Shown: positions 21,231 through 31,534 of the stretch, piece after piece | How positions within the stretch are numbered: position 1 is the stretch's first letter | Layout of the letters: each line of letters begins with the position of its first letter | IMG/VR virus record: IMGVR_UViG_3300002064_000002 | Direction: 5' to 3' (one strand) | DNA from: a virus | DNA: 64,000 nucleotides | The notes under the pieces: model-generated | Seen by the model: the letters and a program-made list of their open reading frames with translations, nothing else | Told to the model about the DNA's origin: nothing | Database searches by the model: none | Position numbers and translations under genes: made by a program

Positions 21231-21717
21231 AGTCTTCGTTGTTTAGTTTATCAATATCTTTCACTGCATCATTGAACAGCTTTATTGCTTTTTCTGTATC
21301 ACAGTTACTATTATTTACCATCCCCTGAGCTATTTCTAGATCCATCTTAAGATCATATAGTTCTTCTAGCTTTTCTTCATCATCTTGGTGAAGACATGCT
21401 GCATTTTCTATCTTCTTTATTTCAGGGCATATATTCAGATAACAACTAGATACTTCAGTTTCTTCATTAGGACACACTGATTGCTTGAAATGATATAAAC
21501 CAGATGGTATAGAGCCTATCTTTAAATGCTTACTGCGAATCAATGTTATACCATTGATATTGTACGGTATATTTACGTAACTATTCCAATTAGGAGGGTA
21601 AATCTGTAAAACAGGATTAGTAGTCTCTACTGTATCCATGTACTCTGATGTATCCATAAATGCAAGTACACAGCAATCACACTGCTCTACTATGCTACCT
21701 GATATAGTGTGTTCCAT
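21223..21717 (-). CDS. Cys-rich structural protein (tail hub-like)
   Basis: Coupled ORF in the tail region. Confidence 0.45.
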   Translation of the reverse strand: MEHTISGSIVEQCDCCVLAFMDTSEYMDTVETTNPVLQIYPPNWNSYVNIPYNINGITLIRSKHLKIGSIPSGLYHFKQSVCPNEETEVSSCYLNICPEIKKIENAACLHQDDEEKLEELYDLKMDLEIAQGMVNNSNCDTEKAIKLFNDAVKDIDKLNNEDCV

Positions 21718-22394
21718 TAATTAAACATTTGTATTCTTGCAGCAATAGTACTGTACCTGGCTTGGTCCATTATATCTTCTGCTAAAAGTAATGTAGTTAA
21801 ATCTAGTACTTCTTGTAAGCTGGCTTTATCTAATTCAGGATCAATGTCTGCTTTACCTTTGCAGTCTGATATAATTCCCAACATATCTATCTCTCTAGGG
21901 CATCTGTAGTATACTAAGGTGACTTGCTTACACTTAAATTCTCCATCTGTATAGAATCTAATCTTATCATTAGCTATAGTAAAGAAAGTTTCCTGCCATT
22001 CCATACTGGGCCTTTGTGCATCATCTAAGAGTAGCATATTAACAGCTCCCTCTTCTCTAGCGTATGCGTAAACAGTATGATCACAATCTCCACAGTTAAT
22101 ACCAAAAACTCTTCTATAGTGGAAGAAATCTTCTGGTACATCTATAGTGCAATACTGTTTATTTTTACCAATACTTGGGCTCTTGCAATGCTCTTCAGTA
22201 AATTGCTGTAGCTCTGTCTGGATCGTTTTATTGATCTCATCCATCTCTACTCTCTTTTCCATCCAGTGTAATTGCATTTTGTTGAATGCATTGACAAACT
22301 GTCTTTTACTGACTTTACTGCCAGATCCAGAGTCTAATTTGTTCAATCGATCCATCATGGAGTTATACAGATATGTTACACTAGTAGTACTCAT
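21717..22394 (-). CDS. Tail ring / adaptor protein (crAss conserved)
   Basis: RLNKLDSGSG..QFVNAFNKMQLHW, VPEDFFHY and VTLVYYRCPREI pattern. Confidence 0.7.
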   Translation of the reverse strand: MSTTSVTYLYNSMMDRLNKLDSGSGSKVSKRQFVNAFNKMQLHWMEKRVEMDEINKTIQTELQQFTEEHCKSPSIGKNKQYCTIDVPEDFFHYRRVFGINCGDCDHTVYAYAREEGAVNMLLLDDAQRPSMEWQETFFTIANDKIRFYTDGEFKCKQVTLVYYRCPREIDMLGIISDCKGKADIDPELDKASLQEVLDLTTLLLAEDIMDQARYSTIAARIQMFN

Positions 22395-22720
22395 TAGTGT
22401 CTCTTCTCTAATTGCTCTATCTTAGCTTGCATAGATTTCATAGCTAAGTCCATTTTACCTACAGCATCTAACATAGCAGTAAAACTATTTCTTATTTGAT
22501 CATCTGAAAAAGTCATAGCTTGTGATTCTACTTTAGCCTCTACTGTACCTGTGGATTCTTCACAATCTTTACATTCACAACAGCTACTACCACATTTATC
22601 AGCTTCACATAGCATCTTACTTACAGAGACTCCGTATGGTTGAGTAGTAAATATCCAAGGATGTACATATCTGTACTTACCATTACAATCTTCTACACCG
22701 CCTTTTTGATTTTTACTCAT
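22394..22720 (-). CDS. Hypothetical structural protein
   Basis: Cys cluster followed by a C-terminal coiled coil. Confidence 0.45.
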   Translation of the reverse strand: MSKNQKGGVEDCNGKYRYVHPWIFTTQPYGVSVSKMLCEADKCGSSCCECKDCEESTGTVEAKVESQAMTFSDDQIRNSFTAMLDAVGKMDLAMKSMQAKIEQLEKRH

Positions 22721-22737
22721 TATATTCTAATTTAAAG

Positions 22738-22768
22738 AAAAAAAGGAAAGGAGAATGTTCTCCCTTCC
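22738..22768 (-). terminator. Intrinsic terminator after the capsid gene block
   Basis: Minus strand GGAAGGGAGAA-CA-TTCTCCTTTCC followed by a T run. Confidence 0.75.
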
Positions 22769-22799
22769 TCCAGAAAATATTTGTTACAAGCAAAACTTC

Positions 22800-25013
22800 T
22801 TACAAGAGTTTGCTAACTCCATTGTCTAGTAACGTGGCATTGAAGAAATTTGATAACTCATCAAATATTGGATCTCCTTTTTCCACAAATATCTTAATCA
22901 ATTCTCTGTTCTTACCATGAGAAGCATCATGCCAGCTTTGGCCTTCTCTTTCATAATCATGGTAAAGGCTGATGTGATTATATACTTTAGCTGCATTAAA
23001 ACCATAAGCATAACCTAATCTTTGTTGTAAAAGATTACCTAATTCCTGCTTAGGATTTAAGTATTGATACAATTCATACTCTCTAGATAAGATTTCTTGT
23101 CTAGCTACGAATCTACCATCACCTTCTCTAGTAGTACCATATTGAACCACTGTCCAGTCTACTGCCATAGTGTCACAAGCTGCATTAAAATCTGTATCAT
23201 CATACTGAGAGATGATAGATACTTCAATTTCAATTGGCTCTCTTTCTACATTATCATCGATTGCAAAAGTACATTCTAAGATCTCCTTGTCAATAAATGC
23301 TCCTGTAAATTTAAGACCACATAAGCAATCAGGATCTTCTTCAGTTATCCAGACTGGGCAAGAACCAATTACTTCTCCTGCATCATCAAGTACATCTTCA
23401 TACTCTACTCCTTCACAAGCACAACAGTTCCAAGAGAAACCTTTGTATGCTCCTACAGTGTCAAACTTTGCACCATCCTTACCAAATGTATCACAACCAT
23501 CTTCAAGACAGTCAGAACATTGTGTAGCTACTATTTCAAATACACACTTGTTAACTTTCAACTTATCAGATACTGTTCTAATACTGATATCAACAAGATC
23601 ATAACCTAAATTACCTCTATGGTCAGAGTAGTAAGCAATAACATCAGCTAAGATATTAGCTGCTGCTGCTTCTGCCTCTTCTTGAGTAGCATCTGAAGGA
23701 AGACAATCATCTTGCTTAAGTGTTAAGCACATTTGTCTTTCTACCTTATACGTAGGGCCTGCATCACACCAGCTATACTCTGCTTCATATTCGCACCACT
23801 TCTGGCAAGAACCAATGTGAGTAATAGTAATGTCAGCTAAACCGTGCTCTTTAAGAGCTTCTGCGTCTGGTACACATACCTGAACAGTAAGTTTATCACA
23901 ATCCACACCAAGTAAATTAACCTTACAAGATGCATCTACTCCAGGTACCTTTCCTCCTGCAGCTACCAATAGTGCTTCAATTGCAGTCGGTGCAGCCATA
24001 GGGTCTGCATAGTAGCTTTCTTCAAACTCCTCAAATGTAGCTACTCCTGCAGCTGCTGGTGCATTGAAACAAACAATAAGCTTGTCTCCACCACATGCTG
24101 GTGTACCTTCTGGACACTCAGGGCAGTTATCACATTCAAGAGCTTTATATCTCTTCTGTACATAATCAGCAGGTTGTACACATTCTGGATGTGGATCATC
24201 TGATGTTATCTTAGCATTTACTCCAGCTCCAGGAGCTGCATTAGGATCACAAGGAATACATACTTCGTATGTACTGTATGGCCTATCATGTCCAATACAC
24301 TCAATATCATATGTAGGATATTGCTTCTGTACAGCAGCTAATGCTCCTGCAGAACCATCATCACATACTTCTAAAGTCCATTTATTAAATGGCTTCTTAT
24401 CAAAGGGATCTTCAGCTGGGCAGCAAGATTTTACTTTTTCTACTTTAAAATAGTTTTGTACGTAGAAAGATGATCTTTGAATTGCTTCTAAGATATTATC
24501 TACTGTCTTATCACATCTTTCATCTTCACAACAATCATCACAGCAATCTGTGTTGAAAGGAATGATCTCATTCATGTTTCTATGAAAAGTGTTTCTCACA
24601 GCTTCTCCTCTTACATTGATCAATAAACCGTAGTCCTTACTACATTCAAAATTAAGAGTTTTACAATCTGATATACCATCCCAACCAAGGTACCCTACAA
24701 AGGGCTTTGGTGTATCATTTGCACCTTTGAAAGTATGAGCTCTCTTGATACGATGAATAGGTAGTGATCTAATTGGTAGCTGAGCTCCAGATTGATCTGG
24801 GAATAAACTGTTGTTAGCTCCCATAGAAGGGGACTTCCAAACTAGCTCATAAGTCCTGTCCTGCTTATACTCTGCTTTTGTCACAGATAGACCTGACTCG
24901 CAGTCGATGAGTGCAAGCTCAAATGGCTTTAGCTCATACGCTCTCTTACCTGCTGGTGCTATACTCTTAGGTATAAATACAGTTGGTACCTGGCGATTTA
25001 ATGAATAATGCAT
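22800..25013 (-). CDS. Cys-rich virion protein, auxiliary-capsid-like, 737 aa
   Basis: Second gene after the major capsid gene in crAss-like order; about 40 Cys. Confidence 0.55.
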   Translation of the reverse strand: MHYSLNRQVPTVFIPKSIAPAGKRAYELKPFELALIDCESGLSVTKAEYKQDRTYELVWKSPSMGANNSLFPDQSGAQLPIRSLPIHRIKRAHTFKGANDTPKPFVGYLGWDGISDCKTLNFECSKDYGLLINVRGEAVRNTFHRNMNEIIPFNTDCCDDCCEDERCDKTVDNILEAIQRSSFYVQNYFKVEKVKSCCPAEDPFDKKPFNKWTLEVCDDGSAGALAAVQKQYPTYDIECIGHDRPYSTYEVCIPCDPNAAPGAGVNAKITSDDPHPECVQPADYVQKRYKALECDNCPECPEGTPACGGDKLIVCFNAPAAAGVATFEEFEESYYADPMAAPTAIEALLVAAGGKVPGVDASCKVNLLGVDCDKLTVQVCVPDAEALKEHGLADITITHIGSCQKWCEYEAEYSWCDAGPTYKVERQMCLTLKQDDCLPSDATQEEAEAAAANILADVIAYYSDHRGNLGYDLVDISIRTVSDKLKVNKCVFEIVATQCSDCLEDGCDTFGKDGAKFDTVGAYKGFSWNCCACEGVEYEDVLDDAGEVIGSCPVWITEEDPDCLCGLKFTGAFIDKEILECTFAIDDNVEREPIEIEVSIISQYDDTDFNAACDTMAVDWTVVQYGTTREGDGRFVARQEILSREYELYQYLNPKQELGNLLQQRLGYAYGFNAAKVYNHISLYHDYEREGQSWHDASHGKNRELIKIFVEKGDPIFDELSNFFNATLLDNGVSKLL

Positions 25014-25016
25014 AAT

Positions 25017-25886
25017 TTATCTATTTTTAAGTTGTTGTCTTATGCTGTAATTAGCATCAGCTTTCTTCCCCATACCAAGTTCTTCCTGGTTCTTGGGATT
25101 GAGTAAATACTCGATTGCTTGTTCTTCTGTACTTCCATATACTGTAGTACTCATTACATTATAATACTGCCCCTTATTGTTCTTCCTGATGATATTCATC
25201 TTGTAGGCTTCCCTAAAGTCGACTGTAGTATATATAATATCTTTTCCTTTGTTAATAGCAGAATTAAATAGCACTAATGCTTCATCTTTAGTACTAGTCA
25301 TATTCCCATCTAAATATGATCTGAGCTTTACATAAGCTTTTGCAGGATCATTACCAATACCAGCTGATTGAGGAAGAATATATTTAGCAGTATATATAAG
25401 TTGCTGCTGTCCTTTAGTCTTCTTCATCTCCTGAAGATCCATGATGGCCGTATCTAATCTTTCAAGATACGTTGCCTTCATTTCCTCCTCGTCGCCATCA
25501 TTGTAGATGACCATCTTGTAGTTAGCCATCGGATTCGAGGCTTCTTCAAGGTTGGGGGCAGCTTGCCCCATGTTCTTCATTACTGATACCGCTAATAGAT
25601 GCTCCGGATTACTTTCTAAGTCATAGGCGTTAATAGTATGATCATAACTCAATACAATCTGTAACCATTCTCCTCTATGCTCTGGATCTTCAAAGCTCAA
25701 GCCATAGTGTTTTTCAACTCTATCAACTTGCTCTTCAGTCAATCCATGATCAAATTTTCCATTAACATAAGGAATTTCAAAACTGGTAGATGTTTGTTCA
25801 AACATACTTAGTCCTTCCTTTTCCAGACCTAGCTTAAAGCTACCATTACTTGTTTGCTTAACTATAACAGGTTTTTTCTGTGTCAT
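25017..25886 (-). CDS. Conserved crAss-like protein following the major capsid gene
   Basis: GKFDHGLTEEQVDRVEKHYGL..YDLESNPEHLL..MVIYNDGDEE pattern and position. Confidence 0.6.
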   Translation of the reverse strand: MTQKKPVIVKQTSNGSFKLGLEKEGLSMFEQTSTSFEIPYVNGKFDHGLTEEQVDRVEKHYGLSFEDPEHRGEWLQIVLSYDHTINAYDLESNPEHLLAVSVMKNMGQAAPNLEEASNPMANYKMVIYNDGDEEEMKATYLERLDTAIMDLQEMKKTKGQQQLIYTAKYILPQSAGIGNDPAKAYVKLRSYLDGNMTSTKDEALVLFNSAINKGKDIIYTTVDFREAYKMNIIRKNNKGQYYNVMSTTVYGSTEEQAIEYLLNPKNQEELGMGKKADANYSIRQQLKNR

Positions 25887-25895
25887 TTTCTTATT

Positions 25896-27635
25896 TTATG
25901 CTCTTGCAAGCGATGTATTATTTTTACCAAAAGTAGGGTCATAAATCGGTCTACCATTGAATGGATTAATTGGCTTAATAAGAAGAGACTTAGTAATGTC
26001 CTTCACAAAGTAAGCTTTGTGTCTCTTTTCCATGAACACCTCAAAACCTGGGTGGTGGTTAGATCTCTGCCAGCTACCTGAATTACCAAATGTATTACCC
26101 ATGTATGCCATCTTTCCTTGTATTACAGAATGTCTATAATCCCAATCCGGACCGTATACTAACTCAACTATATTACCTGAATCTGCATTCGTGATATCAT
26201 CGATGATAAACATATAACTAGATAATCTATGTCCACCAATTCCTTTACTCATTGGTACAATAGGATTAACCTGTGGATTAGCATCAATAGGATCAAGACC
26301 TGGAGCTAATTCAAAACTTACATTACCGTATCCGTTGGCCATTTCCCAGTTGTTAAATTCTGGATTTGTCCAACCTAGTCCTTGGTTATTGTTCTTACCA
26401 ATACCAGTGATATAGTCATTACCTTGAAGTACCATACCTGCTTTACTAGGCTGTCTTCGTAGCATATTCTTAATAAGCGCTAGTCCACCTTGACCAGTCT
26501 TAATTACAATCTTATTACCTTTGAATGGTTCAATTCTGTCCTTAATTCTACTAGCAAGGATAAACTCAAACTTCTCTAATGTAAAGTTAAATAGATTGTA
26601 AATATGTTGATTACCCATATTCAATTGGTGGAAAAGACCAAGACTTGATTGTGCTTTTGTCTTACCATCATAATCAATTAATCCACCTGAACCCCAGATA
26701 GCTTCTTGTTCTACCATAGCTTCAAGCCATGCCATACCTAGTGCTTCTATCTTAGGTACCCACATTCTCTTCACTATATCATACTTCATGGCATCTTTAT
26801 ACTTAGAGCCATACTTTTTCTGATATCCGGCTTTGAGCATTTGAGGACCATGTCCTTGTAGAGAAAGATCATAACCAGTTGAACCTGGTCTAAATACATA
26901 CATTTCTACAATCTCTCTATACTTATCCAATCCAGCTACTGTCTCCTTAGAGATCTTTGAGAAAGCTGCATCTCTAGTTACAGAATAGTGTAGTTGAGCA
27001 GATGTATAACCTACTGTATTAAAGTACTCTCTCATTCCACCTGAGAATGTTGGAATACTAGAATAAGTTTCAGAGTATTCCGTTTCCACTGTAGTAATAG
27101 GGAAAAACTTAGTACCTGGTCTTAAATATTCTTTTGGAAACCAACGGTTTGCTTGGTCGACTGACTTTAGCTTTACCGTTAAGATTACTCCGTCACCATC
27201 TTCGATGATTTCATCTGGAGTAATTAGGAGGTGGTGAGGGTCATGCTGATCTACTGCTATAATATAACCATGATCATACTTTCTTTTGTTCACTTTGATT
27301 TTGAACTTCTCACCGGCTATACCTGGTTTATCTCTTCCTGAGATGTCTTCCATAATATAGCATGGTTCATCATGAGTAGGGTGTCCCCACTTAAAGATGT
27401 GCCCATCTACATAAACTCTATTCTGGCCCATGTTGGAGAAAGAATAAAGATATGGTTTCATTAAATAACCAGCAGTGACAAAAGGTTGTACAATACCTAA
27501 GTCTGTGATTTTTTCTTTTCCTCTACTGAGATGTTTTACGTGAGATTGATCTAAGTGAGAGTGGTGGTCATACTCTGTAGTCTGTAAATAGACTCCGTTG
27601 TTAAGTACTAAGGGTGTTGTTCCTCTATTTGCCAT
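25896..27635 (-). CDS. Major capsid protein (crAss-like)
   Basis: 579 aa; KPGIAGEKFKIK..KYDHG, REYFNTVG and IVIKTGQGG features; follows portal and scaffold-like genes. Confidence 0.85.
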   Translation of the reverse strand: MANRGTTPLVLNNGVYLQTTEYDHHSHLDQSHVKHLSRGKEKITDLGIVQPFVTAGYLMKPYLYSFSNMGQNRVYVDGHIFKWGHPTHDEPCYIMEDISGRDKPGIAGEKFKIKVNKRKYDHGYIIAVDQHDPHHLLITPDEIIEDGDGVILTVKLKSVDQANRWFPKEYLRPGTKFFPITTVETEYSETYSSIPTFSGGMREYFNTVGYTSAQLHYSVTRDAAFSKISKETVAGLDKYREIVEMYVFRPGSTGYDLSLQGHGPQMLKAGYQKKYGSKYKDAMKYDIVKRMWVPKIEALGMAWLEAMVEQEAIWGSGGLIDYDGKTKAQSSLGLFHQLNMGNQHIYNLFNFTLEKFEFILASRIKDRIEPFKGNKIVIKTGQGGLALIKNMLRRQPSKAGMVLQGNDYITGIGKNNNQGLGWTNPEFNNWEMANGYGNVSFELAPGLDPIDANPQVNPIVPMSKGIGGHRLSSYMFIIDDITNADSGNIVELVYGPDWDYRHSVIQGKMAYMGNTFGNSGSWQRSNHHPGFEVFMEKRHKAYFVKDITKSLLIKPINPFNGRPIYDPTFGKNNTSLARA

Positions 27636-28807
27636 TACATGTTAAATTTTATTCCAGTGTCAACACCTTGTACAGATTTAGGGACTTGTACATTGGTTCG
27701 ACTCTTTTTAGTTGCAAATTTGCGTTCTTTAATAAATTTATTAGTTTCTTCAGTCCTTACTTGCTTACCTAAAAAATTCTTTACAGCATCTGGACCATTT
27801 TGAATTACCATTAAACCTAACATTAAATTAGGTAGTGCATCCGGTTCTTTTGAGTATTTAGCTTGTCTTACTAGAGCTTCTGCATATCCCATCTCTACTT
27901 CTGAACCTTTCATCCTTACTGGGACTTCATCATTCATAATAGCAGAATAGAGAAAATTTGCATCTTCTCTTGTGATTGGCATGCCTTCTAGCTTTCCTCC
28001 TTTCAGTATACTCATTGTTCTTTCCTGAAGATCTACTTGAAGATCAGCTTCAAATTGTCTAATCTGAGCTAATTGCTCATTCTTAGTTCTTACTATACCC
28101 TGTGCCTTTTCATCTAACTTAGGCTTCACAGTTACAGCTTCTTTTTCAAGAGCTCCTTCTATTCCCTTTAGCGTCTTGATCTTTTCTTGAATCTCTTCTG
28201 CTTTCCAGTCATTAGATTTATAGTACTCCTTGACTATCGTTTCAGCATCTACATTCGGATCTAGCGCAGTTATATTCTCTGCATTGATCAGGGTTTGTAC
28301 ATACTGTTTGATATCATCTTCTGGAGCATTGGGATTATTGACATTATAATCAATTAATTGTAGAGCTAAAGGACTGAGCTTTTGTTGTAACCTAGACTGC
28401 TCAGCTTGCATTCCTTTTTCAAAATGCTGTTGTTCCTTTGCCCTAAGGTTAAACTCTAGAGTTTCTGTCAGCGCATCCAATGAAAATTCTTCTGGATTAA
28501 GGTGATCAGGAATTACTTCCATAAATCCTTTAGTACTCAAGTAAGAAGCTACTTCAGGTATGTATTGTTCTAATATTTCAGTTTCTGCAAAACTAGTATC
28601 AGGATCTGAAATCGTTGGTTCCTGCATATAATTTGGATCCAAAGGCTCGTCAGGGTTTATTCCTGGTTCTACTCCCGGAGGAGTACTCGGCTCTTGCATA
28701 TTCCCCAGTTCGTTTACCGGGTTTTCTATTATGGGAGTAGGATTAGTATCTCCTTCGTCGCCAATTTGTATGGCATTGTTAAAACTTAAACCTATATCTT
28801 CTGACAT
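27635..28807 (-). CDS. Putative scaffolding protein
   Basis: Acidic Pro-rich N-terminus and helical body; lies between the portal and major capsid genes. Confidence 0.55.
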   Translation of the reverse strand: MSEDIGLSFNNAIQIGDEGDTNPTPIIENPVNELGNMQEPSTPPGVEPGINPDEPLDPNYMQEPTISDPDTSFAETEILEQYIPEVASYLSTKGFMEVIPDHLNPEEFSLDALTETLEFNLRAKEQQHFEKGMQAEQSRLQQKLSPLALQLIDYNVNNPNAPEDDIKQYVQTLINAENITALDPNVDAETIVKEYYKSNDWKAEEIQEKIKTLKGIEGALEKEAVTVKPKLDEKAQGIVRTKNEQLAQIRQFEADLQVDLQERTMSILKGGKLEGMPITREDANFLYSAIMNDEVPVRMKGSEVEMGYAEALVRQAKYSKEPDALPNLMLGLMVIQNGPDAVKNFLGKQVRTEETNKFIKERKFATKKSRTNVQVPKSVQGVDTGIKFNM

Positions 28808-28870
28808 ATTTTTATAAAATTATTTTGCTGTTCTTATTAAATTACATTAAAAATCTTATTTTGTCAAGGG

Positions 28871-31534
28871 TTAGTCTAAAACTTTTGTTCTTTTATTTCT
28901 AGCTATGATATCTTTCTCTCTTATTTCTAGCTCCCTATCCTTTTGTTCTAGTTGCTTCAACTTCACTTTTTCTTCCAGTTCATCTCTGATTCCGTCTCTA
29001 TCTGCATTCCTCTGATCTATGCCTGCTTTCTGTTCAAACATAGCTCTATCATAGTTCAACTTATCATAGTACTCCTTCTGTCTTTGGTTCTCACTTTGTA
29101 GTTCCAAGATCTCTTGCTGTATAGTATTGGCATCATCATTAGAATCACCAACTGCTTTAATTTGTGCTACTAGAATATCTTTAGCTCTATCTTTATCATT
29201 CTCTATAGCTTCTGCTTGTATCTTCTTATCTTCTAGCTCTTGCATAGCCTGCATTTGTTGCTGCTGCGCCTGTTGCTGAGCCTGCTGTTGCTTCTCTTGT
29301 TGCTCCATTCTCTCCTGAGTAAGCGCCTTTAGTTTATTAATAGTCTCTGGAATAGATTTACTAGAAAGTACTGATGCTATATCTTCTAGTGGAGTACCTG
29401 CTGCTTGATTAGCCGCATAACTATGTATCTGTTGTAAGATATTAGCATCTGCTACATTAGATTCTCCGTAGATCTGGAATGTATTGAGTAGGAACCCTTC
29501 AGTGTTAATATTAAATATGACCCTCATTCCATCAGAGTTCATATAATTTATGGAAGATTCTGGAGATTCGCTGGCTATGTATTGAGCAGTCTCTATCATA
29601 CCCATTCTCAATCTCTTCATTATGACATCTAGTCTGGTAAATAGATGCTGAATGAGTACTGATGACCTTTGTGCTCCTTGTGCTACAAGAGTGGCTGACA
29701 TTCTAGGCTCTACTTTACCGAACATATAGTCCTGGCTAAGGCCCACCTGATTATAGAACTCATTTTTAATACTCTGAGCTATCTGTATCTTCTCTAAAAC
29801 ATCGCTTGTTTTATTAAGATCCACTACTTGACCTACACCACCATGTATCTGCATAGCAGATTGGCCAAGATTGGAAAGGCTAGTATCCAATGGCGCTATG
29901 CCAACATCTCTAGCTGTCATCATGAACTTGAGAAGATTGTTATTACCCCAGCTTTCTCCCATTGACTCTGTAGGAATAGTAGCTTGATTGAAAAGAAGAA
30001 ACTTACCTACTTCAGTAGTAATAAGCTGCTGGTTTCTATTCCAGATCCAGTTATAGTATATTTGCCAAGGAGCTCCCATTTCTGTAAAACTCTTACTTTG
30101 ATTATATTTGTTAGTAACCGGTCCACCATAAACAGGCATGCTAGTTCCATATCTACTTTTGCCATCAGAATATTGGATCTTGTACTTATCTAACTCTACC
30201 CATATCTCATGATTACTGTTCCCCGTGGAACCATATGTATATCCAGATACATTTAAGCTAATCTTCTTAGCTCTCCATAACTGGTTGACATAAAACCAAT
30301 CTACATGTTCTCCTTCTACTAATGTCTCTACAGTTTTTATCTTACTGTCTTTTCTATACTTAGGTTTGAAGGTTACTTTAAAGCTATCATCTACCAAGTC
30401 AGAAAACATTACATCTCCTTTCTTATATGTATACTTTCCTACCTTTTGAGGTAGATTGAAGTAAACTGTAGTCTTCTTAACCATATGATTTGAATCATAT
30501 GGTGATCTTGAAGCTCCATGATGAAGATATCCTGAATGTTGATAAGCAGAGCCTGTAACATAAGCTCTGCCTCTATCCATATCTCTGAACTGTAGATAAT
30601 TCTGAGTGGATTCAAAATCTTGAAGTCTATTACCAGTTATGGCACCAGCTTGTCCATTCACTACAAATCCCTGTGCAGCATATGTATTCAACCAACTATT
30701 TACTGATTCCAAGCTATCTGCTGATAAATCTTCAGATAGTTCATTGATAAGAGTGGTAATGGTGGATTCTTCTTCATAACCGAACATCATACTTTCTGAG
30801 TAGCATTCGGATTCTGGATCCTTTATATAGAAACATTTTGCAGGATTAAGAACTTTTGGGTAGTAATCTCCATCATGACATTCTATTGTAACTGCTGGAT
30901 GTTCTGTAACCATAATTTCTTTAAGCACTTTTCTCTCCAAAGACTTTATGTCATGCTTTCTATCATCCACCCTGACAATATGATTGGCCCACTTCTCTAT
31001 TTCCGTCCTATAATCTTTTGTATAATACCCTTGTATCTTCTTACTCTCCATAAAGAGCTTTTGTTGCTCCTCATCAGCATTAGGGTTCTGTGCTAGGAAA
31101 GCTTCTTGAGCTTTAGTAACTAGTAACTGCCTTAATTCATTATTAAGAGATTCTAGTACATTATTACTATTCTCCGGATTGATAGCTCTTACATAGAATT
31201 CGGAGTACTTCTTGTCATTCTCTCCAAGAACAACATTAATGGCATTAGGAATGAGAGGGTAAAATGAAAGACCTATATCCTCTAGTCTAGAATCCTTAAG
31301 ATCAAATTCTAATTCTTCAGGTATTTCTTCATCCAGGTAATCTTCTATATCAATTACTCCTTCTGCTAGATTGTTCAGCTTTCTGAACTTCTCTTGCTTA
31401 TCCATAAGCTGAGATCTTCCCACTGCAATGAAGTAATTAACTACTTCTTGAACTAACGCAGACCCCATGCCTGTTTTAGGATCAAATTTATCTTTTTCCT
31501 TTATTAGGAGATTTAGTTTTCCTGCTGTATTCAT
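28871..31534 (-). CDS. Portal protein
   Basis: 887 aa directly after the terminase; FYPLIPNAINVVLGE, PWQIYYNWIWN and a Gln-rich C-terminal coiled coil. Confidence 0.85.
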   Translation of the reverse strand: MNTAGKLNLLIKEKDKFDPKTGMGSALVQEVVNYFIAVGRSQLMDKQEKFRKLNNLAEGVIDIEDYLDEEIPEELEFDLKDSRLEDIGLSFYPLIPNAINVVLGENDKKYSEFYVRAINPENSNNVLESLNNELRQLLVTKAQEAFLAQNPNADEEQQKLFMESKKIQGYYTKDYRTEIEKWANHIVRVDDRKHDIKSLERKVLKEIMVTEHPAVTIECHDGDYYPKVLNPAKCFYIKDPESECYSESMMFGYEEESTITTLINELSEDLSADSLESVNSWLNTYAAQGFVVNGQAGAITGNRLQDFESTQNYLQFRDMDRGRAYVTGSAYQHSGYLHHGASRSPYDSNHMVKKTTVYFNLPQKVGKYTYKKGDVMFSDLVDDSFKVTFKPKYRKDSKIKTVETLVEGEHVDWFYVNQLWRAKKISLNVSGYTYGSTGNSNHEIWVELDKYKIQYSDGKSRYGTSMPVYGGPVTNKYNQSKSFTEMGAPWQIYYNWIWNRNQQLITTEVGKFLLFNQATIPTESMGESWGNNNLLKFMMTARDVGIAPLDTSLSNLGQSAMQIHGGVGQVVDLNKTSDVLEKIQIAQSIKNEFYNQVGLSQDYMFGKVEPRMSATLVAQGAQRSSVLIQHLFTRLDVIMKRLRMGMIETAQYIASESPESSINYMNSDGMRVIFNINTEGFLLNTFQIYGESNVADANILQQIHSYAANQAAGTPLEDIASVLSSKSIPETINKLKALTQERMEQQEKQQQAQQQAQQQQMQAMQELEDKKIQAEAIENDKDRAKDILVAQIKAVGDSNDDANTIQQEILELQSENQRQKEYYDKLNYDRAMFEQKAGIDQRNADRDGIRDELEEKVKLKQLEQKDRELEIREKDIIARNKRTKVLD

